Origin: Utricularia gibba
Taxonomy: Eukaryota > Plantae > Magnoliophyta
Direction of reading: 5' to 3'
Length of the DNA: 64,000 nt
NCBI GenBank assembly: GCA_002189035.1
Contig: NEEC01000024.1
Location: forward strand, 310,001 to 374,000
This document shows positions 27,470 to 39,501 of the stretch, piece after piece. The notes beneath the pieces were generated by a model. The model was not told the DNA's origin, did no database searches, and was given only the letters and a program-made list of their open reading frames with translations. Both the position numbers and the translations under genes were made by a program. Position 1 is the first letter of the stretch. Every line of letters begins with the position of its first letter.

Positions 27470-28222
27470 TTCACCTAACAAGTAAAGACTTAAATCTATC
27501 TAAACCCTTGTTTTCCCTAATTTTTGGTTTACCTCTAATTAGGGTTGTTCTTGTGAGCTTCACTACTTCCCCCTCTTGAATTTATCCTAGTTTGCTAAGA
27601 AAATAATGTGATTATGTGGTTAATGTGGTTTAGTGAACAACAAACATGTTAACAATCTTTGCCCCAAGGCACCACTAGGTACTTAGCTATATATAACAAT
27701 AGAAAGGAACACACTTTCATGACATATCATAAGCATCATCCTAGTGCTAAAGTTCAACAACAACAAAGTACATATAACAAAAAAAATAAACTGTAAATAG
27801 TTCATGCAAAAAATCTATGTTCATCCTATAAGTTTTTTCCTAGATCTCTGCCCTAGAAGTTTGTGGCGTGTTGTTCTAACTCTTAGAGATGTTTTCTCTC
27901 TCTCATTATGTCCAAAATCCATCTTTTTATCTCCTTGGATTTTGGTGTACTTCAGTTCAACTTTTTTCCACATCTTCTACAATTTCACAATTATTTTTCA
28001 GTTCCTTGGGATTTGGGATGCTAAAACGTGCAGCATTGATCAAGCGAATGATTAGAACTAAGATGGGACTAAATCATGTATTTAGTCCCAACTAGGAATA
28101 AAAGATGCAAACAATGGTGTTAGTCCCAAAAACACAGAAATACACAGCAAAATTTGAGTTTTGTAGAAAAATAATAATCATTTACCTATCCTTAGACACT
28201 CAAAAATACGTGTATTATGACT
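27470..28222 (-). mobile_element. Partial LTR related to family B
   Basis: Shares TTGTTTTCCC.TAAT...TACCTCTAATTAGGGTTGTT, TGTCCAAAATCC..CTTTT, TTTAGTCCCAACTA and CACTCAAAAATA.GTG blocks with 32340-32934. Confidence 0.6.
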
Positions 28223-28524
28223 ATACCTAACTATTGCTCCACCGAAGGGCCACCCAAGCTTGAGATCATATCGAAAAGCCTTGTGTCCACTAGGTATGGA
28301 GATTGGGCACACATTTTCGGCAAAAAAGTGAGAACAAACATCCAGTTCATCTTTCAATGACAAAATGGCTGCTCAACTACCTATTGGAGGTCCCCATGGT
28401 TCATAGAGAACAAGAGCAACAACATCTTGAAACGTTTCCAATTCTCTCAATCACTAATGATGGCCCAAAACAAAGGAAAATTAAGGAAGAAATCACTACA
28501 AACCATGCTCACCGACTACACTAA
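28223..28524 (+). mobile_element. 5' UTR/gag-start fragment of the family-A gypsy element
   Basis: CCGAAGGGCCACCCAAGCTTGAGATCATA and AAGGAAGAAATCACTACAAACCATGCT match the reverse complement of 44080-44350. Confidence 0.7.
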
Positions 28525-31500
28525 CACAACTTCGTTCCTGTTCGTCTTCCTCCTTCTTCCTCCCCCCCCCCAGAAAACCTTTTCCAGAAAGAATATTCGT
28601 GTGTCTCCAATGGGGGAGATATTTTTCTCTCTCCATCTTGTCCCCCTTTTGTCCAAAATCCTATTTTTTTCTTCCTTGGATTTTGTGTGTACTCCTTTTC
28701 AAACTTTGGCCCCATCTTCTGCCACTACACTATTCATATACGGCTCCATGGGATTTGTGTTGCGACCTATGCTGCATTGCTCAAAGAAAACTATTAGAAG
28801 GTTGGGACTAAATCTAGATTTAGTTCCAACTAAGATTAAAATAACACAACTATGGTACTTATGCGCAAAAATATAGAACTAGGCAATAAAACTTAATTTT
28901 TGTAGCACAATATCAATCTTTTCTATGTATTTAATCACTCAAAAATATGTGTTATCACATTATACTATAGCGACAATAGACTTGTCCTCACGTCGTAACT
29001 AAGACTAACAGGAGGTAAATAGTTAGTGAATCTCCTACACGGCGAAGTGGATGCTTAACATTCAGCTAAAAATGCATGAATTGCAAGGGTGCTAGTGTGC
29101 ATGTGAGTGTGCCACTCAAGCATACATGGAAGTTTCATCCTGAAAGGTGCATTTGAAGATCAAATGAGCAAGAAAAGCATATGCTGACCTCCAAAGAATG
29201 CTGTTTGTTACTACTATTTTTCCGTTCTTTTTTCTTTTTTTTTCTTTCTTTCTTTTTTCTCTATAGAGATTGAGACCAGGAGGAATTTAGAGTTCAACTC
29301 AGGTAACTGTTGCTTCCCCTCTTTGTATGTGAGTGTGGGCAATGTACTCTCCTCCTTATTCCTCTAGGGGTCCCTTCTACTCCTCTGAGTTGTTCTCATA
29401 ACCTCCCTGTGCTCTTTACCCTACCATCTACAAATGCCCATTTGTTGTGTGCTGCTTTTCAAGACATGGGTCTCATCGCTTTTCTGGTGATGATGCTTTT
29501 CTGACCCTTTTGTTTTTGCTGTCTATCGATTTCGTGATCACCAGTCTTCCATAGATTAACACATGCCATCTTGCTTAAAAAAAATCTTGAACACACTAAT
29601 TCGACTACATTGAACATGTTGCTACCTCATGAAAATAATCAAAGGAGAACATGCTCACAAAGTCATAAATGGCTATAAAAAAATTCATGCATTTCGTGCA
29701 TCATGAAAAACATCCACACTTGCAACAAAATTCCTCAACCATTCACAAAATTCTCTTGACCCTAATGTTGCACTACTAAATTACTCCTAACTTAGACTAA
29801 CGCCATAAAAATAAAATAAAAATAAAAATAAAGATAAAGATAAGGCAATGCAGCGATGTTACTTGATCAAGGAAGGGTCCTTCACTACTTGTTTCAGTAC
29901 CTTCACTTCCCTTAGCAAATCCCCAAGCCTATCATATATCATATCAATTTTCTCCTGGCAGCAGCAATCCTTTCCTTCCTTTATTTTGTCTGATTTTTGC
30001 TGAGAAGTCCCTGCTTTTGCTTTCTAAGGAGGGAAACTGTTTCAAATTCCTGCTAGAGATCTAAACACAAAACTACTCCCCCTCCTTGGATTAATCCAGC
30101 GGTTTTAAGAAAGTGAGCATTCAAAGGGAATATTTTTGTCTCCACATGAAAATATTCTAGCTCAGAAATTCAATCAGCACACAGTCTTTGAGCAAGGAGA
30201 GTAATTATGTTACCAAACCCGAGACGGTTGATGGTGCTTCGCCTATAGTCCCTGTTCATTTGCTCTGCTAAAATCACCCCTAAATTCAATGATTTCTTGT
30301 GCAGCAAGCAACACATAACAAACAATTCACGTTTATATAAGGTATTAAATCCTAGGGCTCTTCCAAATAACCCCTTGGGTTTAAATTCTATAACATGCTG
30401 ACTAGTTAATATCTTATACACTTCCTTAGCATTGAAATCATTAAGATAATCAAATAAGGAGGTGGCAAACGCATGCGAGTCAACATGCTGCTCAGAACAT
30501 AATCCTAAGGTTACACACCATTCAGCAATCGAGAGGGAAAATTCTTTTCCTAACAGTCTAAATGTATTTGCTCCTGGTGTAGTCACAGTTTTTCAAAAAA
30601 GAATGTGGAAGCAAATTCATATACAAGTTCAACATATGAAGGGTAATTCATATCACACAAAATAAGCAGCCCAGAATTTTCTAGTAGTGAATAAACTTCA
30701 GTAACTATTCCCAATTCCACCAAGATCTCGTAATCTATGATGCGGCAAGGCATCACCTCTGTCCCTTTTACCTCATTATACCAGGTGGCGAATTCTTCAT
30801 CCTCAAACTGAAGATATTTCAGGTTTAGCATCCCTACATGCTGCTTAAAATAAGGAATACCCTTGCCGGTCAATCTTCGTTTTGATTTCCCCTTCTCTTC
30901 CTCTTCAAGCTTACCTGAACTCAAGAACAATGGGACAAGGTTAGGTAAGAATTTTTCTCATTTCGTTTGTACCACCTGTTCCTCCTCACTGGCATTATTC
31001 TCCAACTCCTCTATTTCTTGTTCAGGTTTATGCTGCTTCTTTGTTCTGCTCCTTGTTCTCTTTGCAATAAAATTCCTCTCGTCCTCCTCTACTGCTGTAC
31101 CGGCATCCTTGGCCATTTTCTCCTCTCTTGTTTGAACTTGTTTTACCTCTCCAGACTCTGCTCCCTTTTCTACAGTTTCTTGCTCTACAATTTCTGGGAT
31201 TTCCTCAACCCCTTCTGGTGCAATTTCTTCTCTTGATTCCAAGTTCTCCTCCACGTTTGCAATCACCTCTTCAATTGTAGTGTTCGTTGTGATTTCTTTC
31301 TGCTTCCTCTGGCCCTTTCTCCCCATCTTCTTCTTCTAGTAAACAATCTGGGGTGGCTCAGTAGATGCTTTTTCAACTGCAAATTTCCCTTTTCCTTTGT
31401 AACTCCTCTACAGTTCCCTAAATTTATGTTGAAGGTCAGGGCTGATGGGTGCCTTCAATCTTGGACTCCTTCGTTCTACCACAGAAGGTTCTGATGTTTC

Positions 31501-32934
31501 TTGATACGGAGTTCCGCCCAGATTTGCTACATGCAAGAGAGCATCTACACCCTGAAATGCTTCTTCTGTTGGGGTTGTGACCTTGATCTGTTCCTGGTTA
31601 GGAGTAAAAGTTACTGCCTTCCTAGTTTTCTTGCGCTTGTTGCTTTCAGCAGTGATCTTCTTGTATGATTTTGCAACAGTAGCACTCTGATGTTGGCGTT
31701 TGGCATGCATCTTGTGAGATAATCTTTCTGCAATTCTCAAGAGCAAGGTGAAAAGTTTGAAACAAAATGAACATTACAATGGAATTTACCCCCAAATTCA
31801 CCAAGGGTTTGAGGGTAAATTTGTAAAATCTTGAAAATTAACCGTTACCCCTGTAAAAATCTTGCCTGTAATCGCAGATTAAATCCCCATTTTGCAAAAG
31901 GAACACAGCAAAAACTGTCCAAAATAACTCCTAGCTAAGTCTAAAAGTGCAAAAGTAAAATGACAGGAAAATAAAACTAACAGAAATTCAACATGAGTTG
32001 CCTCCCAAGAGCGTCCTTGTTTTTCAGTCCTTGACTAGACTTTCAGCAATTTCTACATTGTTTCTGTGTCCCTTAGGACAAGAACTTCAACTTCTTCAGC
32101 CACCCTGTCTTGAAGATTTTCATAAAAAATTTTCAACCTATGTCCATTCACAATAAAACTTACATTAGATTTTCCATCATAAACCTCCACTATTCCATTT
32201 GGGAAAACTTCTTACACTACAAATGGTCCAATCTAACGAGATTTGAGTTTCCCTGGATGTAACTTCAAATCATTTGATAGTGGACTAGGGTTGAACATAA
32301 GGAGCAGGGTGCTTGCTATGTGAAGGTCAATGCAACGAATCAGTGTCACGTTGGTAGAATTGGTCTTAACTAGGACTAAGGCAGAACTACAACGGAATAC
32401 AGTAAAGAAAAGTAATAAGTTTTGGAGCTTGGTTGTTTCTGGAATGAAATGGATGATGTCTTGGGATTCCTAGGGGATGTATGCTTAGCACTAAACACGC
32501 TCACACAAACCATAAATCACACAACTAACTCACAAGGTCTAGGTCTACCTGGACTCTTGTTTTCCCCCTAATCATTGGTGTACCTCTAATTAGGGTTGTT
32601 AAGCTGGGTTTCACTACTTCCCCTTCCTAGATCTATCTTTTGTCCAAAATCCTACTTTTTCCTTCCTTGGATTTTGTGTGTACTCCTTTTCAGACTTTGG
32701 CCCCATCTTCTGCCACTACACTGTTCATATACGGCTCCTTGGGATTTGTGTTGTGACCTATGCTACATTGCTCAAAGAAAACTATTAGAAAGTAATTTAG
32801 TCCCAACTAAGACTAAAATAACACATCTACAATACTTATGCGCAAAAATATAGAATTAGGCAGTGAAACTTAATTTTTGTAGCGTAATATGAATCTTTTC
32901 TATGTACTTAATCACTCAAAAATATGTGTTATCA
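28525..32934 (-). mobile_element. Athila-like fragment bounded by family-B LTR pieces: integrase end plus long extra ORF
   Basis: LTR pieces end in CACTCAAAAATATGTGTTATCA at 28957 and 32934. Integrase end PGKLKSR..VNGHRLKIFY (32050-32310). Extra ORF in broken frames 31746-30170 (K/E-rich N-terminus, then IIDYEILVELGI...YPSYVELVYEFASTF, FRLLGKEFSLSIAEWCVTLGL). Confidence 0.8.
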
Positions 32935-33735
32935 ACAACCAATGCCTCATGGTCATGTACCATCACAAGGGAACCCTTATGCTATTCTTTAAAAAAATAT
33001 CACCATCCCACCTCAACCTCTGCAAATGACTGAAGCTCTAGAGCAATCTATTGTTCCGTATTTGCCAAATCACAGCCTGGAGTCTATGGTGAAATCCCTT
33101 GCTTAAAAGCACTACCTAAATGCATGCACACAAAAAGACATGATTGGACGAATTAAAAGCATCCAAACTTAAATCACCCAATTGGTGTAGGCTATGAACT
33201 GCTGGGAAATGCAAGGAGGACTACCATCCCAACAAATGAAGAACCCAGACTACATCAATGCAATACTATTGAGAAGGGGGAAGGATCCTCCAAACTCGTA
33301 CCTAGGGTTTATGACTAAGGTGGACAAGTCAGAGGACAAAGAATTAGAAGTGTTGGACAGAGACAATGAAGTGGATGAAGAGATTATTTGCAAGAATCTA
33401 AATGATACCAAAGTCCATAACACTGCTATATCAAGCCCATTTGAAGATGTGAAGGAGAGGGAGATGCAAGAAAGTCATCAACCAAAGTCTTTAGTCATTC
33501 CGCCACCCTTTCCTATAAGACTTCAAAGGAAGAGCAAGGAAAAATGTGGACTGAAACCATTCATGGAGATGATGAAGAAGGTCAACCTGAATATCCCCTT
33601 GTTGGACATGATCGGTCAAGTCTATGCAAAGATGTTGAAAGATTTGTATGATCCCAAGAAGAAGTCAAAGGAAGAAGAAGCAATCTCTTTAAATGAAAAT
33701 ATTTCAGCAATCATGCAAAGAAGAATTGCATGAGA
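32935..33735 (+). mobile_element. gag C-terminal/linker fragment of family-A gypsy
   Basis: ORF 33194-33733 (INAILLRRGKD...PKSLVIPPPFPIRLQRKSKEKC..VNLNIPLLDMI) is a close paralogue of ORF 42412-43026. Confidence 0.85.
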
Positions 33736-33865
33736 CCTTTTCCCCAAAAGGGGAGAATGTAAAATTATGAGGTTTAATGCTCGAAGTGAACAATATCATG
33801 CATGGTGAGGGTGGGTCACAACATTTGGTATTAGACTCAAACCCGAGCCTATAACCAATGGTGAA

Positions 33866-34902
33866 TGATGTTGAGTCATATTTCAATGTATTTGAGTCAA
33901 TTTAAGTGTTAGAGTATTAGGATTATGTGAGTTAGAATAGAGAAAAGGCTAAAACATGCGTTGGTCAAATTATTTTCGGTAAAAACATGATTTGGTTATT
34001 TTTCCCTTAGTCCAAGTGAAGGGTGGTTTTACTAATCTTCCAAGCCCATGTACGTCCGGCCTATTTGGGTTGGGCCACATTATTTGACCAGTCTGCAAAG
34101 TTGTTATGAGTATAGGGGCGAAACGGAAATTACAATTTTGAATGCGAAGGAAGGATAAGGAAAGTTGGTGAAAAAGAAGGCAAGAATCTTGTAACGAACA
34201 CAACTAACTATGACTGGCGCACGAGACTAGTGTGAATAATAAAAGGAAAAGATTTGTGGTCTATATAATTCCTTTCTCTCCATAAATATTTCGGGAGGGA
34301 TGGCGGAGCTGAAGCCTAGAGCCCTTGGGAGACTTTGTTTGGACTGAGAATTCTTTTGTTGTAGAGAGATTTTCTTTCCAAAGAACGTTTTTGTGATTGG
34401 AGTGGAAGAAAAGATGAAGGAGAGGCGTTCGAGTGTGCAACTAGGACTAATCTCCGACATCAAATGTGAGATCTAAACAAAAGAGAAAGAGGCTTTAGAA
34501 CCTAGCGCAAAATCGAACAATCATTTTCCTTTTCTTGCAAATCTTATTTCTTGCATCATATTTTATGAACATGCACACTATTTCCATCTTGTGTTTTCAA
34601 TATTCCACATGTTCAAATGCTTTCATTTTTTGATTTACGTACTCTATTATCTGCTTTTACTTTAGGAACTAGTAGATTTCTTTTATTGATTTGAGTTAGA
34701 GTAGAAACCACTTCTAGAAAACCCCACATTTAATCCTGCTTACCCCTCAAACCAACAACTAAAAACCATTTGCTCTCTGTGGATCGATCTAGACTTGCTA
34801 CTGCTACATTAATTTCTTTGCGAATGAAATGTGGTTTGTTTGTTCAGTTTATAAATTTCAATTGATGGACTTGCGACATCTATAGAAATTTTCCATCCAT
34901 CA
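33866..34902 (+). mobile_element. Probable solo LTR, ~1037 bp
   Basis: TGATG...CCATCA termini and a typical gypsy U5 motif (CTCTGTGGATCGA..TACT). Flanks GTGAA/GTGGG could be a TSD with two transitions. Confidence 0.6.
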
Positions 34903-35188
34903 GTGGGGCTAACCTCAACGAGGATGTTGAATTTCCAAGGGCAGGGCTGAAGGGCTCAGCCTAAGCAAGGGTGTAAGGATCTTAAGCGAATTCTACATCG
35001 GTTATGGATGAGATAGAGGGATAGTTTATATGGAGGGACCTTCACGAATCTTCCATGAGCCATTTTCCTTGAATAGGAAGAATGTAAAACCATGAGGGTT
35101 GGTCATTATATTTGGTGTTAAAGCCAAACTCAGGCTCGTGCCAATGGTGGGATGAGGATGCACTTAGTGAGGATGTTGAGTGTCTAAG

Positions 35189-35220
35189 AGGGGGAGAAGA
35201 TAAGGGGGAGAAGATAAGGG
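35189..35220 (+). repeat. Tandemly duplicated 14-bp polypurine motif (possible PPT relic)
   Basis: AGGGGGAGAAGATA x2 followed by AGGG. Confidence 0.6.
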
Positions 35221-36499
35221 CAGAGGCATGATGATGCTATCCCACATTGATTACAGATGAAGGAGGGGACATGCTTAAATAGAAGAGTCTTGCTAATCTT
35301 ATATAAGGCATTTTCCCCAGAACAGGAGAACGTAAAATTATAGGGGTTGGGTGCTTGAAGCAGACAATATTGTGCAAGCCATCCACTATCACACACATAA
35401 TATGTACCTATGACTAGGGTGGAAGTAACACATCAATGCTTGAAATTTTAGTTAAATTGAAGGAAGATCAAAGTATTTCACCTATCTTTATGAACACAAA
35501 AGCTATCTTCTCTTGACAATACATCGAGTATCACTTTGATGTCTATAGTGGAAACCTCCTTACTAGTAAAGGCACATATAAATTTCATGTTCTCAGCATA
35601 AACTACCAAAATATTTGTTGGAATTTTCTGCTTGAGGTTTTGATACCTTGTTTTTCTAATCGCCTTAACTAATATTGACACAATTCTACAACACAAATAA
35701 CAAAACCATTCTATATTAGATATTAGTGAAGGCCACTAACTTGAAATTACAAGTCAATAACAAGGTAGATAAACATCCAATTTTCACTTTAAAAATTACT
35801 ACATCCCAAAATTAAGAATGAGAAATACACAGAAAATGGGCATAAGTTATCACACATAGTGGAAAATGTTCAATTGGGCATTCAGGTAAATTAAGATTAT
35901 GTTAAAACAAAATAACTACACTAGTAAAATCTTAAAATCCATGAAGAGCATAAATAAATTATTATTTGCTCAGCTTGTCATACTCACTCACCACCTCAAA
36001 AATTGATACATGAGGTTGCTACATCATCTATCAAATAAGGAATGAGAACTAAAATGAAAATTTCGAATTGAATATAATTGCATACCAATTATATGAATCA
36101 CAATTGAAATAAAAAAGAAACCTACAACCTACAAAAAGAAAGACTTTCACCACTACTAAAAATATCAATTTACCATCTATCTACTCAACAAGAGTAAATT
36201 GATAATTTATTGTTTGAAGAGTAGAAATGGTGCCTCACTCTTCAACTTGCATTGTTTGGCTTTGGTCGAGAGGTTGTTGGGATGACTAAGGTTAATTGAA
36301 GGAAAAAAAAATTTACTGCATTTTTCAATATATCTTGTTTTGATATATGGGATAGGCAAATGCTCACACCTAGAGAATTGGAGTAGAGAGAAGTTATCAT
36401 GAGATTACTTATTTCATTAAGACTGATGATTGATAAACAATATACAAATAAGCAAGCAATTGTTGGTTATTTGTATGAATCATAGCTTACACTTCGTTC

Positions 36500-37720
36500 C
36501 TATCCCTCATTGGATAGATCTCTGTCATCGTTCATGCTGGGATTGGGAGGAATTTTCTCATTAATGTTGATCCTCATCATTTCTCCTATCCTAGACCTTT
36601 TTTTCAATTATTTGAGCATCGATAGCTCTCCATGACGAATCACTTAAGTAGAAGATGTTCATGGCTTCCTCTCAAACTATTATTACATTGACTCTCATAC
36701 TAAAAGACCATTTTCCTGGAGTACTCGTTTAACTTCCGATAGTAGGCCTACCTTGTCCTTGGTGCACAACTCCTTGCTTAGCCCTTCGCTTATTCTTCAT
36801 TTTATGGCTGCTTCCAGACATTTTCTCACCTTCTGCTTCTTGGCTTCTATCTCCACGATGCCACCATCCCTATGCTGAATATAGTATTTCTGCCATCCAT
36901 CCATTCAAAATGTAAGAATGACTTCTTAATTATTTAGTGATGTACAAAAGAAGGGGCTCCAATAATGGGACAAGACCAATAAGGTGTATGGGCCAGAGGA
37001 GGAAATTCATGTCAATGAGTGTGCACACTATGTCAAAACATAAGCTTTGATGTGTCTTTGCACTTGAGGTTCACTATTGAGTAATCCTTCTCTGCACATC
37101 ATTCTATCTTAACCTCAAGTCTTGTCCACTCTTCATTTTCATCTTCCAACCGACCTGCCTCATAATCTTTATCCAAAAACATTAACTGATGAAGCTGTCT
37201 ATCAATGTGCATTGATCTAACCGTGAAGCTGGTATGAATTGCAACACAATCATTTCCACAACCGTAGAGGACTCTTCCAAGAGTGATACACATGATGCAT
37301 CATCTACTGCTCTGGTGGTGGCAACATTGTTTACATAGAGTTATGCATGCACTACGGTGATTGTATGTCCATACTTCAGCAGCGATGAGGTTGATGTAGA
37401 GATTTGCTAGAACAACTGAAATATTAGATAGGAGACCAATTCCGTCTCAATCTATCAGCTTAGTGGCATTATAGTCTCCAATTTATTTCACCTCAACCTC
37501 ATCTACAAGCCAACTATTTAGCCCTCCACACGTACCCCTCTAGTCCTAATGCATAACCATTCACAACCTCTTACCTTAGGCACGACACAAAACAGAACGA
37601 ATGTTCAAATGATTTCAAATAGGAAAAACGATAGACATACCTTTTCAATGTGCTCAATAGTCTTTGGTTCAGTGATCTTTTGCCCATCCATATCAATTAA
37701 ACTATCGACAGCGAATGAAG
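36500..37720 (-). pseudogene. ACR: ACT-domain-repeat (ACR, ACR2/ACR3-like) pseudogene
   Basis: Minus-strand translation gives, in order: DGQKITEPKTIEHIEK|gt; [95 protein letters not shown]...[55 protein letters not shown]. These are collinear with plant ACR proteins. Multiple stops and frameshifts. Confidence 0.85.
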
Positions 37721-38215
37721 TAAGAAAATGAAACAAGCACTTTCCTTGTTCAAATTTTATGGATTACTTTATTTTTAGAGAGGAGAATATGAATGAACCT
37801 CAACCTTAAGTATACACAAGCTTGCACCAACTACTTGTGACTTGCTAATCTAGAAACATACTGCATATTGGATATTGCAATCTTGTTTCCCATGTTGCAT
37901 CTTTATTTTGATGGAATCACATTCCCTATAATGATGTACATTTTACAATATTGTTCATCAGAAAAAGACGTCTTTTATCAGTCAAATGTAGAGTATTTCT
38001 GACGGTCTTGCATATAGCAAGTTCCTACATATCTACACACTTTTCAAGGGCTGAAAACTAGAAGTAAATTAGCATAATTACCCTAACAAGAATTATATTA
38101 TTCAAATAGCCTATTTGACATTTATTAGTCAAAAGCCTTAATTTGTCAAATAATTTTGTGCAAAATTAGCCTTATTTTGTAAATTTATTTTTTAAATAAT
38201 CCTACTTTTTATATA

Positions 38216-39344
38216 TGATAAGTGATTTTGTGTCGTTCCAAAATATGTTCTTCCACTACTTTTGAGTGTTATTTTTACTTATCTTAGACCCTACTTTCTC
38301 ATTATTCTCAATTGATTTTGCATCTTTCACACTACTTTGATCTTTTTGGAGAGAAAGTGTATTTTGTGGATTTTTAGGGTACTTTTGGATCAATTTGAGA
38401 AGAAATCAAGACCCACCAAATTATGGACTTGATGGGCCACAAATCTCAACCTAAGATTCGGTCCACGATTCGTGGATTAGATAGAGATATGAAGAAGATC
38501 TTCAAAGATTTGAATAAAAGATTTGGATAGAAGATCTTCTCCAATCCCATCGAATAAGCTCAATACGAAGGCTTGGATTACTCTCCTATAAATACCCTAC
38601 CCTCTCAACCAATAGAAACGTCTTTGACCACTTTTACTTTGAATCTTTCCTATTTTTGTGTCTATTTTCATGTTAGAGTCGAGTCTGCGCGTGTAGGCGC
38701 TTGCGGCTGAGTATCTGCGGTGAAATCTTGCTGGGACAAGTCCTGCGCGTATGACTGTTTTACTATGTTTTTCGACATTTAAATTGAGGTTTGATTATGT
38801 TTTTCGCAACGTTTTCTTTACCAACGTGCTGTTTAGTACCATACAACCCTAAGGGAGTGTGGGAGAATCAAAGGTTGGCCTCAAGCATCTAAGGAGAAGT
38901 GCTCAATCGGACATCGTTGGTAAGGCACATTCTGTCTAATCTGTCTGCGAGGTGTGAGGTGTAGGGGTTAGATTTGGGTGTGGGGAAAACATGGGTTATC
39001 AAAAGAGGTGAAATGGCTCTGGTGGCGTGGTTGATTCCATAATCCCACAAAACAAGGGACGGTGCTATAACGGTCACCGAGTAGCACTACTTTAGAATAA
39101 CACCCCAGAGCTTGCGCAAGTAGGTCAGTTTTCAAGGTTTGCACACATGCAAGGGCGAGTTTTGAATAAGGTGAATCCTGGATCTAAAGCCAATTTTTTT
39201 GTTGTTTTTAAAACCAAATCTTTCTTTTGTTTTTATTCTTTTTTCAGTCTTTTTTTGAAAAGAAAATTCCAATAACAATTCCCTATGGATACGATCTTAT
39301 TTTATTACTTCGACAGTTTCTGTGTACTTGCAGAATCACCATCA
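38216..39344 (+). mobile_element. Solo LTR, 1129 bp
   Basis: TGATAAGTG...CAGAATCACCATCA with perfect TSD ATATA on both sides. Confidence 0.88.
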
Positions 39345-39501
39345 ATATATAATATACAAAACATATTTCACATAATAAAATTAATTAATTAATTATACAA
39401 ATACATAATTCAAATATAAATATAAATACATGTATTTAAAATTCAATTGAAATATTAAAATATCAATGAACCATACAAATGCATAAATCGTATAAAATCA
39501 T

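Noticed and set aside
35478-35696. Minus-strand ORF with an exon-like core
   Set aside because: No family motif recognised and no supporting adjacent exons.
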